Of a DNA stretch of 64,000 nt, positions 9,132 to 18,471 are shown one piece after another. The notes beneath the pieces were generated by a model. That model did no database searches. It was not told the DNA's origin and was given only the letters and a program-made list of their open reading frames with translations. Location: NCBI GenBank assembly GCA_038882955.1, contig JAVZNC010000001.1, positions 1 to 64,000 of the forward strand, written 5' to 3'. The translations under genes and the position numbers were made by a program. The first letter of the stretch is position 1. Each line of letters begins with the position of its first letter. This DNA is from Candidatus Bathyarchaeia archaeon (GTDB lineage: Archaea > Thermoproteota > Bathyarchaeia > Bathyarchaeales > Bathycorpusculaceae).

Positions 9132-10733
9132 TCATTTTCCTACTTGCAATAAGCATTTTTCGAACTCGTAAACATCATTGTTTTTGATAGATATCTGTGA
9201 TAGGATTTTTTCACCATTTTTAGGATTTTCCCAGATGCTCTTAAGAATATCCCTTACCTCTTTTTCATCTCTAGCAAGTTTGCATATTTTCTGGACATTA
9301 ATATTCTTCGAACATCCTCTTTTCCATAACCTTTCATTGAAATCGTTTGCCTTTAAAAGCTGGATATTCATTCTTGCCGCGTAACTCGATAAACTTATCT
9401 TTGAACCATCTTTTAGTTGAACTTTTTCACTTGGGTCGAAAGCAGAACCAGCAAAGACGCCCATTACTCCCTGCTTTATCTTTCGCCCTTCCGGAGTATC
9501 CACCCCAAATTCTTTGCTCCACAAGAGCATATTAAAGAAGTCATCAACATCTCTCTTTCTTATTAGACCCCACTTGCACTCGAGCACATAAGTTGTTGGT
9601 TGTAGTAATGGTGCCGGAGTTACATCCCAAACCCTATCAACTTCCGCATTATTCTTTCTTCCGCCCACTGACTTTATTAGATGAATCGTTATTCTCTTCG
9701 GGTCCATTGCATTATTCCGATGTCTTTGAACCCAAAAATGAGCCCCTGTGGTTAACGTGTCAATGAACCATTCGGCGCATGCCTCCCAATTATGACCTAT
9801 TCGGTTTGCTCTTCCTTTGACTTTTCTGATATAATTCTCCTTCATAGCTATTGCTGCCCTTAACTCGTCAGCGGGCATCGAGTTATGGTAGTAATAACGA
9901 TAAGCATTAAACAGTTTAACTTCTCGTATGTCTGGATAAAGTTGTATGGTTCGAGATATTGCCGTTTCAGCCTCATATTCGGAACAATTCAGCTTGTTTT
10001 TAATAAAATCAAAGCTTACCAGTTCTCTAAGCTTAGTGGACTCATATACTATGTCTTTAATTATACGAACCCTTTGTACTATTGGACTTACGGACTCGAT
10101 TTCTTTAAGCGCTAACCCAGTACGTTGAATAGCCTCTTCGAGAGCTTGCTCTCTAGGCTTATTTTGGTCGACCCATGTAAGGAGATATCCATCCCTAAAA
10201 GGAGTCTCCCCGTAATCCGTTCTGTAACCTCGAACATAAACCCAACCTTTCTTTTCGAATCTGCGAACATTCGTCATAACATCTGAAGGCTTAACTCCTT
10301 TACTCTTCAATGCTTTTGCGACCTCATTTGAAAACCAAGCCCTATTTTTGTTCTCTTTTAAAAAATCCAAAATCATTTTTGCTTTACTTCCATGCCTTCT
10401 ACCTCGTTCATCCAAATGTTCTTTTGCATATCGTACAAAGTGATAATTTTCCATTTGAACTAAATCCTTTCCAGGTGGGCGGAGTATATAGAGATAATAA
10501 GTCCGCATGTTAGAGCTAATTCCAGCTCTCCCTTTGAAAGCGCGATTCACCTCCCTTAAAGGTTTATCAGTTCGCAAAAGATATCCACGCTGCCAAAGTC
10601 TCCGCAATGCATCACCGACTAATGAACTGCGAATATTTGCTTCTTTAGCTACCTGATTAAGAGACATCGGTCGTCCATCTTGAAAAATGGTAAGAATTTT
10701 CCTCTGAACTAGACCCAATCTAGACATTTTCAA
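9132..10733 (-). CDS. multi-wHTH protein with C-terminal PD-(D/E)XK (Mrr-like) endonuclease domain
   Basis: wHTH (MSLNQVAKEANIRSSLVGDALRRLWQRGYL; WFSNEVAKAL...VRRFEKKGWV); GHNWE...EVDRVW...VLECKWG. Confidence 0.7.
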   Translation of the reverse strand: MKMSRLGLVQRKILTIFQDGRPMSLNQVAKEANIRSSLVGDALRRLWQRGYLLRTDKPLREVNRAFKGRAGISSNMRTYYLYILRPPGKDLVQMENYHFVRYAKEHLDERGRRHGSKAKMILDFLKENKNRAWFSNEVAKALKSKGVKPSDVMTNVRRFEKKGWVYVRGYRTDYGETPFRDGYLLTWVDQNKPREQALEEAIQRTGLALKEIESVSPIVQRVRIIKDIVYESTKLRELVSFDFIKNKLNCSEYEAETAISRTIQLYPDIREVKLFNAYRYYYHNSMPADELRAAIAMKENYIRKVKGRANRIGHNWEACAEWFIDTLTTGAHFWVQRHRNNAMDPKRITIHLIKSVGGRKNNAEVDRVWDVTPAPLLQPTTYVLECKWGLIRKRDVDDFFNMLLWSKEFGVDTPEGRKIKQGVMGVFAGSAFDPSEKVQLKDGSKISLSSYAARMNIQLLKANDFNERLWKRGCSKNINVQKICKLARDEKEVRDILKSIWENPKNGEKILSQISIKNNDVYEFEKCLLQVGK

Positions 10734-10879
10734 TCTATATAACTAATGCGATACCTACATATAAAGCACGTGTTCGAACAGAAAATGCTATTTAATATGT
10801 ATGCTAAAACTAAAGCAGTATTTCGATAAGGTCTATATCTGAAAAAAGCTTGAAAAGGGTTCAATTCGTTGATTTAGAG

Positions 10880-10955
10880 TGGTAGCCCGGGAGAGATTCG
10901 AACTCTCGTCAGAGGCTCCAGAGGCCTCCATGCTTGACCGCTACACCACCGGGCT
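10880..10955 (-). tRNA. tRNA-Gln(CTG), CCA encoded
   Basis: Reverse complement AGCCCGGTGGTGTAGCGGTCAAGCATGGAGGCCTCTGGAGCCTCTGACGAGAGTTCGAATCTCTCCCGGGCTACCA; A1-U72; anticodon loop CT-CTG-GA. Confidence 0.96.
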
Positions 10956-11027
10956 TTTACAAGTTGAAAGGCTTTTCTCTTCGTAATAACTTTAGCGTTT
11001 GCTTTTAAACTTAAAAATAGAGGGAGT

Positions 11028-11258
11028 TTATTTGTTAATTTTGCCTTTCAAAGCTTCTTTTATGCAGTAACATTCTTGGCTGCTTGGGTTCCAGTGTTCA
11101 CAGCACCACAAGGTTTCAACTATGGGGTTTCTTCCCTTGCAGAAGAGCACTGAACAGAAAATTCTGTCTGGATATTCGTAAGGGGCATGATTTCCACAGT
11201 TTCCGCAACATCTCTGCGGTTCAGCATCTGCTTTCTCTTTCATTTCAGCCTCCTCCAA
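11028..11258 (-). CDS. small Cys-rich metal-binding protein
   Basis: CCGNCGNH...CSVLFC...CCEHW...CYC; overlaps the dys stop. Confidence 0.6.
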   Translation of the reverse strand: MEEAEMKEKADAEPQRCCGNCGNHAPYEYPDRIFCSVLFCKGRNPIVETLWCCEHWNPSSQECYCIKEALKGKINK

Positions 11259-12255
11259 ACTTTAATAATGCCCTGTCAAAGTTTTCGCCGAGCCTTTCAA
11301 TCGCAGAAGCAACAATTATTGGAAAAACTATCATGGCATCGCCGATAACCATAACCTTGTCCGCCTTACCCTTCACTTTGCCCCAACTAACAGTTTCAGA
11401 AAGTGTGGAACCAGATAAACCGCCAGTTTCTGGACGGTCCATGGTTATAACTATAGCGTAGTCCATGCCCTTTTTGGCAGATAAAGCTGCTGATTGAACA
11501 GTGTTTCTCGGCACTCCACCGCCAATAACTATCATGCCGTTTCTTGGAGAGTCTCTGCAAATTTCAACTATTTCTGGCACATCCTTAAAGGCGTCCAAAA
11601 CAAGTTTACAGCGCACATTCTCCTTAACTGCGTGAAGCCAGTGTATAAAGCCAAATTCCGAGTCTCTCACCGCTGGAAGAAAAATTGGCACTTTTGCCTC
11701 GTAGGCTGCCCTTAAAATCGAGTCAGGATCATTGAGGCGCTTGCCTAATTCCCACGCAAACTCCCTCGAAGATAGGCTTTCACCTTTCCTTTCGGCTGCT
11801 ATTTCCTCATACATTTCCGCAATTCTATAATCCAGCCTAGAAAAGTCTTCCTCTGGCACAAAAACATCGTATATGCGGTAAACGTGATACTTGTAGAGCA
11901 ACCAATCATCAACAGCCCAATGCCCCTTATAATGATGCCCACCCAAAGCCTCAATGGCATCATGAACCATGTTCGCGCCAGTGCTCACAATAACGTCAAC
12001 AAGCCTCTTGCGTGTAATGTCTGCGATAAGCGTTCGCAGCCCAGCTGGAACAACAGCCCCAGCAAGCGACAGAAATATTGTACATTCCTTGTCGCGTAGC
12101 ATCCGCTCATATATGTCGCATGCCGTTGATAGCCTACCAGCCCCAAACGAGCCAGCATTTTTGAATTGCTGGATAAGCTGGTCCACAGTGAGTTTTCCAT
12201 TAATCTTAATGTGCTTTACTGGTTCGGCAAGGAAGTCTTCTCTCCGCATTTTCAA
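11245..12255 (-). CDS. dys: deoxyhypusine synthase
   Basis: STGANMVHD, GGGVPRN, TGGLSGSTLSETVSWGK motifs. Confidence 0.93.
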   Translation of the reverse strand: MKMRREDFLAEPVKHIKINGKLTVDQLIQQFKNAGSFGAGRLSTACDIYERMLRDKECTIFLSLAGAVVPAGLRTLIADITRKRLVDVIVSTGANMVHDAIEALGGHHYKGHWAVDDWLLYKYHVYRIYDVFVPEEDFSRLDYRIAEMYEEIAAERKGESLSSREFAWELGKRLNDPDSILRAAYEAKVPIFLPAVRDSEFGFIHWLHAVKENVRCKLVLDAFKDVPEIVEICRDSPRNGMIVIGGGVPRNTVQSAALSAKKGMDYAIVITMDRPETGGLSGSTLSETVSWGKVKGKADKVMVIGDAMIVFPIIVASAIERLGENFDRALLKFGGG

Positions 12256-12387
12256 TTTTCAACTCCAGAATTGACTTATTTTATAGGACATAGCAAAAAT
12301 AATTTTCTATGCCTCTGCTTCTTAAGAAATTAAAGCCAAACATTAAAAGCAGCGAGAACCAATCCCCTTAAGGGTGAAACCGCTCCA

Positions 12388-13410
12388 TTGACAACAAATG
12401 CGAGCAAAGACTTATTCGAAATTTCAAGCGACATCCCACTTGTGGGCAACATAGCCTTCGGACTAATCGACAGAGGAACAAACGTCATACAAGTACGCCC
12501 AATATCAACATGCCCACTCTCATGCATATTCTGCTCCACAAACGCTGGACCAAAGTCCAAGATACGCCAAACAGAATACATCGTGCCAATGGACTACCTA
12601 GTCGAGGAGTTTAGGAAAATCGTAGCCTACAAAGGCGAAAAAAACATTGAAGCGCACATAGACACAGTCGGAGACCCAACCACCTATCCAGAAATTGTTG
12701 AGCTTGTTGCACGTCTAAACCAGACAAGCGGAGTTGAAGTCGTTTCCATGCAGACGCACGGCGCACTGTTAAACGAGAAAATCTTAAACCGCCTTTCAAG
12801 CGCTGGTTTAAAACGCATAAACCTTTCATTAGACGCGTTAGAACCTACATTAGCCAAAAAATTGGCTGACACAGAATGGTATGATGCCGAAAAAATAGTT
12901 GAGCTTACACGCTACATTGTTTCAAGCACAAAAATCGATTTGCTTCTTGCACCAGTTTGGATTCCAGGCTTAAATGATACGGAGATTCCAAAAATAATTA
13001 GGCTGGCAATTGATGTTGGCGCTGGAAGAAAGTTTCCACCTTTAGGCATACAAAAATACGAAAGGCACAAACACGGAAGGAAACCGAAAGGCGTGAAAGG
13101 AATTTCATGGAAAAAATTCTATTCGCAACTGAAAACTTGGGAGCACGATTTTGGCGTAAAACTCATAATAACCTCAAGGGATTTTGGCATACATAAGAGG
13201 CAGATGCTTCCAGTGCCATACAAAAAATTTGAAAAAATCAAAGTTAAGGTTGTTGGACCAGGGTGGCTTAAAAGAGAAAAACTCGCTGTCACGCAGAAGG
13301 GCGACAGAAGCCTAACGCTTGTTAATGCTGAGGAAATTCCGATTGGCGCAAACTTGAAGGCTAGAGTTGTCGCCAACAAGCATAATCTCCTGATTGCAGA
13401 GCCACTCTAG
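12388..13410 (+). CDS. radical SAM protein with C-terminal TRAM-like region (COG2100-like)
   Basis: FGLIDRGTNVIQVRP, CPLSCIFC. Confidence 0.85.
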   Translation: MTTNASKDLFEISSDIPLVGNIAFGLIDRGTNVIQVRPISTCPLSCIFCSTNAGPKSKIRQTEYIVPMDYLVEEFRKIVAYKGEKNIEAHIDTVGDPTTYPEIVELVARLNQTSGVEVVSMQTHGALLNEKILNRLSSAGLKRINLSLDALEPTLAKKLADTEWYDAEKIVELTRYIVSSTKIDLLLAPVWIPGLNDTEIPKIIRLAIDVGAGRKFPPLGIQKYERHKHGRKPKGVKGISWKKFYSQLKTWEHDFGVKLIITSRDFGIHKRQMLPVPYKKFEKIKVKVVGPGWLKREKLAVTQKGDRSLTLVNAEEIPIGANLKARVVANKHNLLIAEPL

Positions 13411-13417
13411 CACTTGA

Positions 13418-13885
13418 CTACTTAACCACCAAAACTGGGCAGGGAGCGCTCCTTAAAACTCCGTCGCTGACACTTCCAAGGAGAAACTCTTTTATTTTAC
13501 TTAAGCCCCTAGCGCCCATAACGATTATGTCAAATTTACCGTCCACCGCGATTCTAACAATCTCTTGAACGATGTTGCCCTCCCTCAAAACCGTTTCCAC
13601 TTGAACGCCTTCAGCCTCAACCCTCTGCGCCCCATCCGCTAAAATTCCGCTCCCAGCTTTCCTCGTAGCTTCAGCGACTCTTGAAATTTCCATTGGCGTC
13701 ATCACTGGAATTATGGGGGGAGGCGCAGTTGCGGTTTCAGGAACCATCACGGGTCTAACAGCGGCAGAGTAAACATGGATAAGCGTTATTTTCCCATCAA
13801 ACTTTTTGGCTAGTTGTATGGCAACGTTTAAAGCCCTAAACGAATGTTCAGAACCGTCCAACGGAACCAGAATTTTCTGAAACAA
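13418..13885 (-). CDS. universal stress protein
   Basis: KILVPLDGSEHS; IVMGARG...LLGSVSDGVLRSAPCPVLVVK. Confidence 0.93.
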   Translation of the reverse strand: MFQKILVPLDGSEHSFRALNVAIQLAKKFDGKITLIHVYSAAVRPVMVPETATAPPPIIPVMTPMEISRVAEATRKAGSGILADGAQRVEAEGVQVETVLREGNIVQEIVRIAVDGKFDIIVMGARGLSKIKEFLLGSVSDGVLRSAPCPVLVVK

Positions 13886-13956
13886 ACCTGATCCTCAAAA
13901 TAATAAAATAAATTACTAATCCTTTATAATTTGCGGAAATTTTGGAAAAAGGGGTT

Positions 13957-14030
13957 TTAGGTTTTGCTTTTTCGCTTTTTAAGAAGGATTGCCCCAGCGA
14001 CTATCACTATGATTGCTATTATGCCGCTCA
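13957..14030 (-). pseudogene. orphan 3' end of a membrane-anchored protein gene
   Basis: LSGIIAIIVIVAGAILLKKRKSKT* followed by a CCCCTTTTT tract; no intact upstream gene. Confidence 0.5.
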
Positions 14031-14711
14031 AAAATAAGTTTAAATGGCAAGGAATTCAACGTATGTGGAATTGTTGAAGGACCTTCAGCACTTCTTGGAC
14101 GTTCCATAATCATGAGCCTAGAAGAAGCTCAAGACACTTTTGGGTATCACATGTTTCTGAACATGGCAATAGTAGAGCCAACGGCAGGCACCGAACAAAA
14201 TCATCTTGCAAGTTCGATTGAAAATAACGTATCATCCGTAATGGCTCTAACAGATGAGGAACGTAACGTTTTAACAAAGCCCATCATTGACTTTGTAGGC
14301 GAGTGGAACATCGCCATTCAAATAATTCTCCTGTTTTTAAGTATGCTTTTAACGGCTATTGTTGGAATAATGAATGTTTCAGAAAGAAGAAGAGATTTCG
14401 CAACTATGGATGCAATGGGCGCACGTTCTAGCCACATTTTCAAAATTATACTGTTTGAAAATTCAATAATCGGGCTCATAGGAAGCATCCTAGGAGTATT
14501 TTTTGGCATAATCGTTGCAGCATTTCTGGCAAGCTTTTACACAACAATACCTCTTAACCAATCTTTCTTAAGCATTATAGCGATTATAAAACCAATTTAC
14601 ATTATTGAAATAGCGGGTTTTGTGGTTGCTTCATGTTGCGTGGGAGGCATAATTCCCGCAATAAGTGCCTCGAGGGTGCGGATTTCAGAAATCTTGAGGG
14701 CAGAATACTAA
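14013..14711 (+). pseudogene. FtsX/MacB-like ABC permease, 5'-truncated
   Basis: NVSERRRDFATMDAMGA and GGIIPAISASRV..SEILRAE; lacks the N-terminal TM and part of the extracellular domain. Confidence 0.65.
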
Positions 14712-15391
14712 TGAAAATTAAAACAGTGGATTTAACGAGAACATACAATTTAGGCTCTTCTGAAATAGTCGCCGTTGACAAGGTCAACTTTGAGATAAAC
14801 GCAAACCAGTTCGTCGCAATAGTTGGTCCAACAGGGTCTGGAAAAACAACGCTCCTCAACCTTATAGGATTAAATGATTATCCAACTTCTGGAAAAATTT
14901 TCATAGACGACCTTGTAGATGCGTCGTTTCTTTCAAATAAAAAGCGCAGAGCGATTAGGCTTTTCCGCATAGGCTTCATATTTCAAACCTTCAACTTACT
15001 GCCTATGCTTACGGCTTTGGAAAATGTTGAGTTGCCAATGGCTTTGGCTGACAAACCCCAAAAAGAACAGCGAAAAAACGCCGTGAAACTTCTTGAGGCT
15101 GTTGGTTTGGGCGGAAGGCTTCATCATAGACCTAAAGAGTTGAGCATGGGTGAGATGCAGCGTGTGGCGATAGCCAGAGCTTTAGCTAACAACCCCGAAC
15201 TGATTATTGCTGATGAGCCGACTGGCGAGCTTGACTCGGAAACCGCCAAAGAAATTATTGCTTTGCTTTTTAACATGAGTAAAAGCGAAAAGAGAACAGT
15301 TATTGTTGCAACGCATGACGAAAAAATTGTTGACGCTGCGGATGCAGTTTACATGATGCGTGATGGCAAGCTGAAAAGAAAGAGTGTTTAG
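14711..15391 (+). CDS. ABC transporter ATP-binding protein (LolD/MacB-like)
   Basis: GPTGSGKTT, LSMGEMQRVAIARAL, ADEPTGELD; ATG coupled to the permease stop. Confidence 0.92.
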   Translation: MKIKTVDLTRTYNLGSSEIVAVDKVNFEINANQFVAIVGPTGSGKTTLLNLIGLNDYPTSGKIFIDDLVDASFLSNKKRRAIRLFRIGFIFQTFNLLPMLTALENVELPMALADKPQKEQRKNAVKLLEAVGLGGRLHHRPKELSMGEMQRVAIARALANNPELIIADEPTGELDSETAKEIIALLFNMSKSEKRTVIVATHDEKIVDAADAVYMMRDGKLKRKSV

Positions 15392-15393
15392 GG

Positions 15394-15636
15394 CTATAGT
15401 AGTGCGAAGTCTGTTGATTTGATTTTGCCCTTCTGGTCCACAACTATTTCGAACTTTTCAGCCCATGGGTGTCCTTCCAAGTCTATTGGGCATGTGCCCC
15501 TAATAACCCAACATCCGCCCTTCTGCTCAACAGTGGATATTTCTATGCGTTCTGCTTTCTTTCTTTGCCTAATGAAGTCGACGACTATTTGGCGGGCAGC
15601 GTCTGTGGATAGTTCGCCCATTAACGTTTCCTCCAA
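15394..15636 (-). CDS. hypothetical protein (80 aa)
   Basis: ORF with GGGAG SD; protein-like composition. Confidence 0.65.
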   Translation of the reverse strand: MEETLMGELSTDAARQIVVDFIRQRKKAERIEISTVEQKGGCWVIRGTCPIDLEGHPWAEKFEIVVDQKGKIKSTDFALL

Positions 15637-15778
15637 TCGCTCCCTTTTATTAGAAACATGGGCGCATTAAATGTTATGAATGGAGAATCGTTAGTGAAGT
15701 TCCACATATGCCCAGCGGCGTACACATTTTCGCGATAAATTCAAATCAGCAAACGCCAAATCTTAAACTTGAAAGAGC

Positions 15779-16852
15779 ATGAGCGAGAAAAAGCGGATAA
15801 TTTTTCACATAGACATGGACCACTTCTTCACGGCGATTGAGGAGCGAGAGCATCCAGAATACAGGGGCAAACCAGTCATTGTTGGAGCTGACCCAAAAGG
15901 CGGTAAAGGAAGAGGTGTGGTAAGCACATGTAATTACGAGGCTAGAAAGTACGGTGTTAGGTCTGGCATGCCCATATCAAAGGCTTGGAAACTTTGCCCA
16001 GAAGCCATATACCTCCCAGTGAACTACGAATTATACACGGCAGTTTCAAACGAGATTATGAATATACTGCGGAAACACGCGGACAAGTTTGAACAGTGGG
16101 GGATAGACGAAGCCTTCTTGGACGTTACGTCTAGGGCTAAGGATTACGCTGAAGCTGAAGCGCTTGCAAGACAAATTAAAAGGGAAATCTATGAGAAAGA
16201 GAGATTGACATGTTCAATAGGCATTGGTCCAAACAAGCTTGTGGCAAAATTAGCAAGCGACATCCAAAAGCCAGACGGACTAACAATAATAAGGGAAGAC
16301 GAAGTTGAAAAGGTTTTGGCTCCACTGCCAATTCGAAAGCTCTTGTGGGTTGGAAGAAAAACCGAGCAGAAGCTTAGAGTTATGGGCATAAAGACAATAG
16401 GTGACCTAGCTCGCTATGACCCAACGGTTTTAACTGAAAATTTTGGGGTTATGGGCACCCAGTTGTATCTTATGGCGCATGGTATAGATAAAAGCGAAGT
16501 TGAAGAAAGGAGCGAAATAAAATCAATCAGCCGAGACGTAACATTCGAAGAAGACACTTCAGATTTTGCATCAATTCAAAATACCCTGGATAAGCTCGCA
16601 GAAGAAGTTCACAAGGATGTTGTAAGGCAACAGTTGAACTTCAAGACGGTAACGGTCAAAATTCGATACGAAGACTTCGAGACGCACACGCACAGCAGAA
16701 CATTACCATTCATAACAAACCGTCTAGAAGACCTAAAGAAAACAGCAAAAGAACTAATACAACCATACTTTAGGCTTGATAAAAAAGTGAGACTTGTAGG
16801 CGTAAAAGTTTCAAACTTCACATCAGCAGAAAAACAGAAAACACTCATTTAG
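15779..16852 (+). CDS. dinB: DNA polymerase IV (Y family)
   Basis: HIDMDHFF, CNYEARKYGVRSGMP, GIDEAFLD, KPDG. Confidence 0.95.
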   Translation: MSEKKRIIFHIDMDHFFTAIEEREHPEYRGKPVIVGADPKGGKGRGVVSTCNYEARKYGVRSGMPISKAWKLCPEAIYLPVNYELYTAVSNEIMNILRKHADKFEQWGIDEAFLDVTSRAKDYAEAEALARQIKREIYEKERLTCSIGIGPNKLVAKLASDIQKPDGLTIIREDEVEKVLAPLPIRKLLWVGRKTEQKLRVMGIKTIGDLARYDPTVLTENFGVMGTQLYLMAHGIDKSEVEERSEIKSISRDVTFEEDTSDFASIQNTLDKLAEEVHKDVVRQQLNFKTVTVKIRYEDFETHTHSRTLPFITNRLEDLKKTAKELIQPYFRLDKKVRLVGVKVSNFTSAEKQKTLI

Positions 16853-16867
16853 CACATTAACGCGAAT

Positions 16868-17134
16868 CTATTTTCTAATCCTTCGAATTTCAAAGACAAC
16901 AGGATTTTCCGCATCTGGACAAGCATTAAAAATAACATCCTTATCTTCGCTCCATGGAAATTCAACGCCGTAACGCATGGCATAAACCTTGGGCAGTAAA
17001 ACCATAAGGGCACTATAGCATATATCACCCTTCACAGCTTTGCCATCAAAAACTATTTTATCGCCAACCTTATGCCCAAAAGCACATTTTCCCTTCTGGC
17101 TTACCACTCTAACTTCAATTGTGGACATACACAT
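16868..17134 (-). CDS. TIGR04076-like protein
   Basis: KGKCAFGHKVGD...ICYSA...CPDAENPVVFEIRR. Confidence 0.8.
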   Translation of the reverse strand: MCMSTIEVRVVSQKGKCAFGHKVGDKIVFDGKAVKGDICYSALMVLLPKVYAMRYGVEFPWSEDKDVIFNACPDAENPVVFEIRRIRK

Positions 17135-17142
17135 TCACCACG

Positions 17143-17424
17143 TTAAGGTTTTGCGTCGGGATATTTCTCTTTTATCCTTTCATCTGCTATCTTAGCAATA
17201 AGCGCATTAGAAATTAACACACATTTGACACCCATGAGTTCTGCGAGTTCTGCTGGTTTCTGGTCTTGCGTTATTAGCAGCAGATTGTTTTTCTTGGCGT
17301 ATTCCACTATGTCCTTGTCTTTTGCGCTTTGCAGTCCAATTTCATGCACGGTTAGGACTTCATATCCTAAGGTTTCGAAATACTCTTTTAATCCAGCGTA
17401 CATTTCGTCTAGTAGCAACTTCAA
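17143..17424 (-). CDS. DUF5615 / Mut7-C PIN-like protein
   Basis: MKLLLDEM...DKDIVEYAKKNNLLLITQD. Confidence 0.8.
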   Translation of the reverse strand: MKLLLDEMYAGLKEYFETLGYEVLTVHEIGLQSAKDKDIVEYAKKNNLLLITQDQKPAELAELMGVKCVLISNALIAKIADERIKEKYPDAKP

Positions 17425-17580
17425 CGTTTTAGCCTCCTCGCATTTTATTAGGGTTTTTAGGGTTATTTAGGGTATTCTGATGGCAAGTTTTATAAGCAGC
17501 TGTGTATTTGATGTGTGCATCGTGCAAAAGCGTGCTTAGGCTGTTTTTGCACAACAAAAATATAGGAGTTGAAAGTGTAA

Positions 17581-17721
17581 ATGTCAGATAAGCAAATGTA
17601 TAAGGCAGTTTGCTCTGATTGTGGACAGGAATGCGAAGTTCCATTCAAGCCTGACCCAAGCAGACCAGTTTACTGCCGAGAATGTTGGTCGAAAAGAAGA
17701 AACCAAAGGCGAAGATATTAG
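17581..17721 (+). CDS. CxxC-x17-CxxC zinc-binding protein (46 aa)
   Basis: MSDKQMYKAVCSDCGQECEVPFKPDPSRPVYCRECWSKRR; not in the ORF track. Confidence 0.88.
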   Translation: MSDKQMYKAVCSDCGQECEVPFKPDPSRPVYCRECWSKRRNQRRRY

Positions 17722-17867
17722 GCTACGCCACCAACGCTTAGGCTAATCTGTTTCTCCCACATTTATTTTTATAGTGTAAACTTTTGCAGTAACTTGCGCC
17801 GTTTTCTCGGTGGTAATTATGATGAAAAGAGTTTTGATGGTTTATGTCATCGGGACGGCGCAAATCA

Positions 17868-18419
17868 TCAGCGCATTTTGAATTCCCACTTACACCACAA
17901 ATCTTTTGGGTGTGGGTCTGGCGGGCAAATTAGGCAGTTCACTTCGACCTTCGGGTTTAGTGTTTCCGCGAATTTTTTGAGATAGCCAAAACGCACTTTC
18001 TTGCATGGAAATTCGTATAATCCCTTGTTTAGGCGAGCTTCTTGGGTTCTACACTTGTCAATGCTTAAAATGGCTCTATTTTCGCTTACCTCAACGGTTT
18101 TGAAGGGTTGGTCTAAAGCCCAACTTGATAAACGTAGAAGATGCATTATTGTTTGTACGTTGGGACTTTCGCCTACATTGAACATTTTCCGCATGCTTTT
18201 GGCTTCAATCTGAGCCATGGCTTCCCAAACTTCAGCGTCAATTTTTACGGCGGCTTCTGTTCCAAACATTTTTTCTATTCCTAAAAAGTATAGTCCATCG
18301 ACTCTCCACAGGTTTCGGATTTGGAGGAAAAATACGTCTAAAAGATTTTCGATTGGTAGTTTTAATAGCATCTCGCGGTCTTCGCGGCTTCCATTTGGAT
18401 ATTCGCTCATGCCGTTCAC
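17868..18419 (-). CDS. DUF6125-like protein
   Basis: LWRVDGLYFLGIE, CRTQEAR, FPCK, CPPDPHPKDLWCKWEF. Confidence 0.75.
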   Translation of the reverse strand: MNGMSEYPNGSREDREMLLKLPIENLLDVFFLQIRNLWRVDGLYFLGIEKMFGTEAAVKIDAEVWEAMAQIEAKSMRKMFNVGESPNVQTIMHLLRLSSWALDQPFKTVEVSENRAILSIDKCRTQEARLNKGLYEFPCKKVRFGYLKKFAETLNPKVEVNCLICPPDPHPKDLWCKWEFKMR

Positions 18420-18471
18420 CGCAGTTTTGACAATTATTGTTGGTTAATCTTTTAAACCTAACCCAGAAATA

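Larger units (their letters stand above)
1..10879. mobile_element. AT-rich genomic/defence island adjoining tRNA-Gln 3' end (left boundary outside window)
   Basis: Visibly more AT-rich than the backbone; RHH/wHTH regulators, TIR-like, HerA/NurA-like and REase genes; ends at the CCA end of tRNA-Gln. No integrase or duplicated att site seen inside the window. Confidence 0.7.

Noticed and set aside
1-10879. Duplicated tRNA-Gln 3' end (attL)
   Set aside because: Not found by eye within the window; may lie upstream.
15658-15726. Possible H/ACA-like hairpin upstream of dinB
   Set aside because: Weak pairing; no clear K-turn or pseudouridylation pocket.
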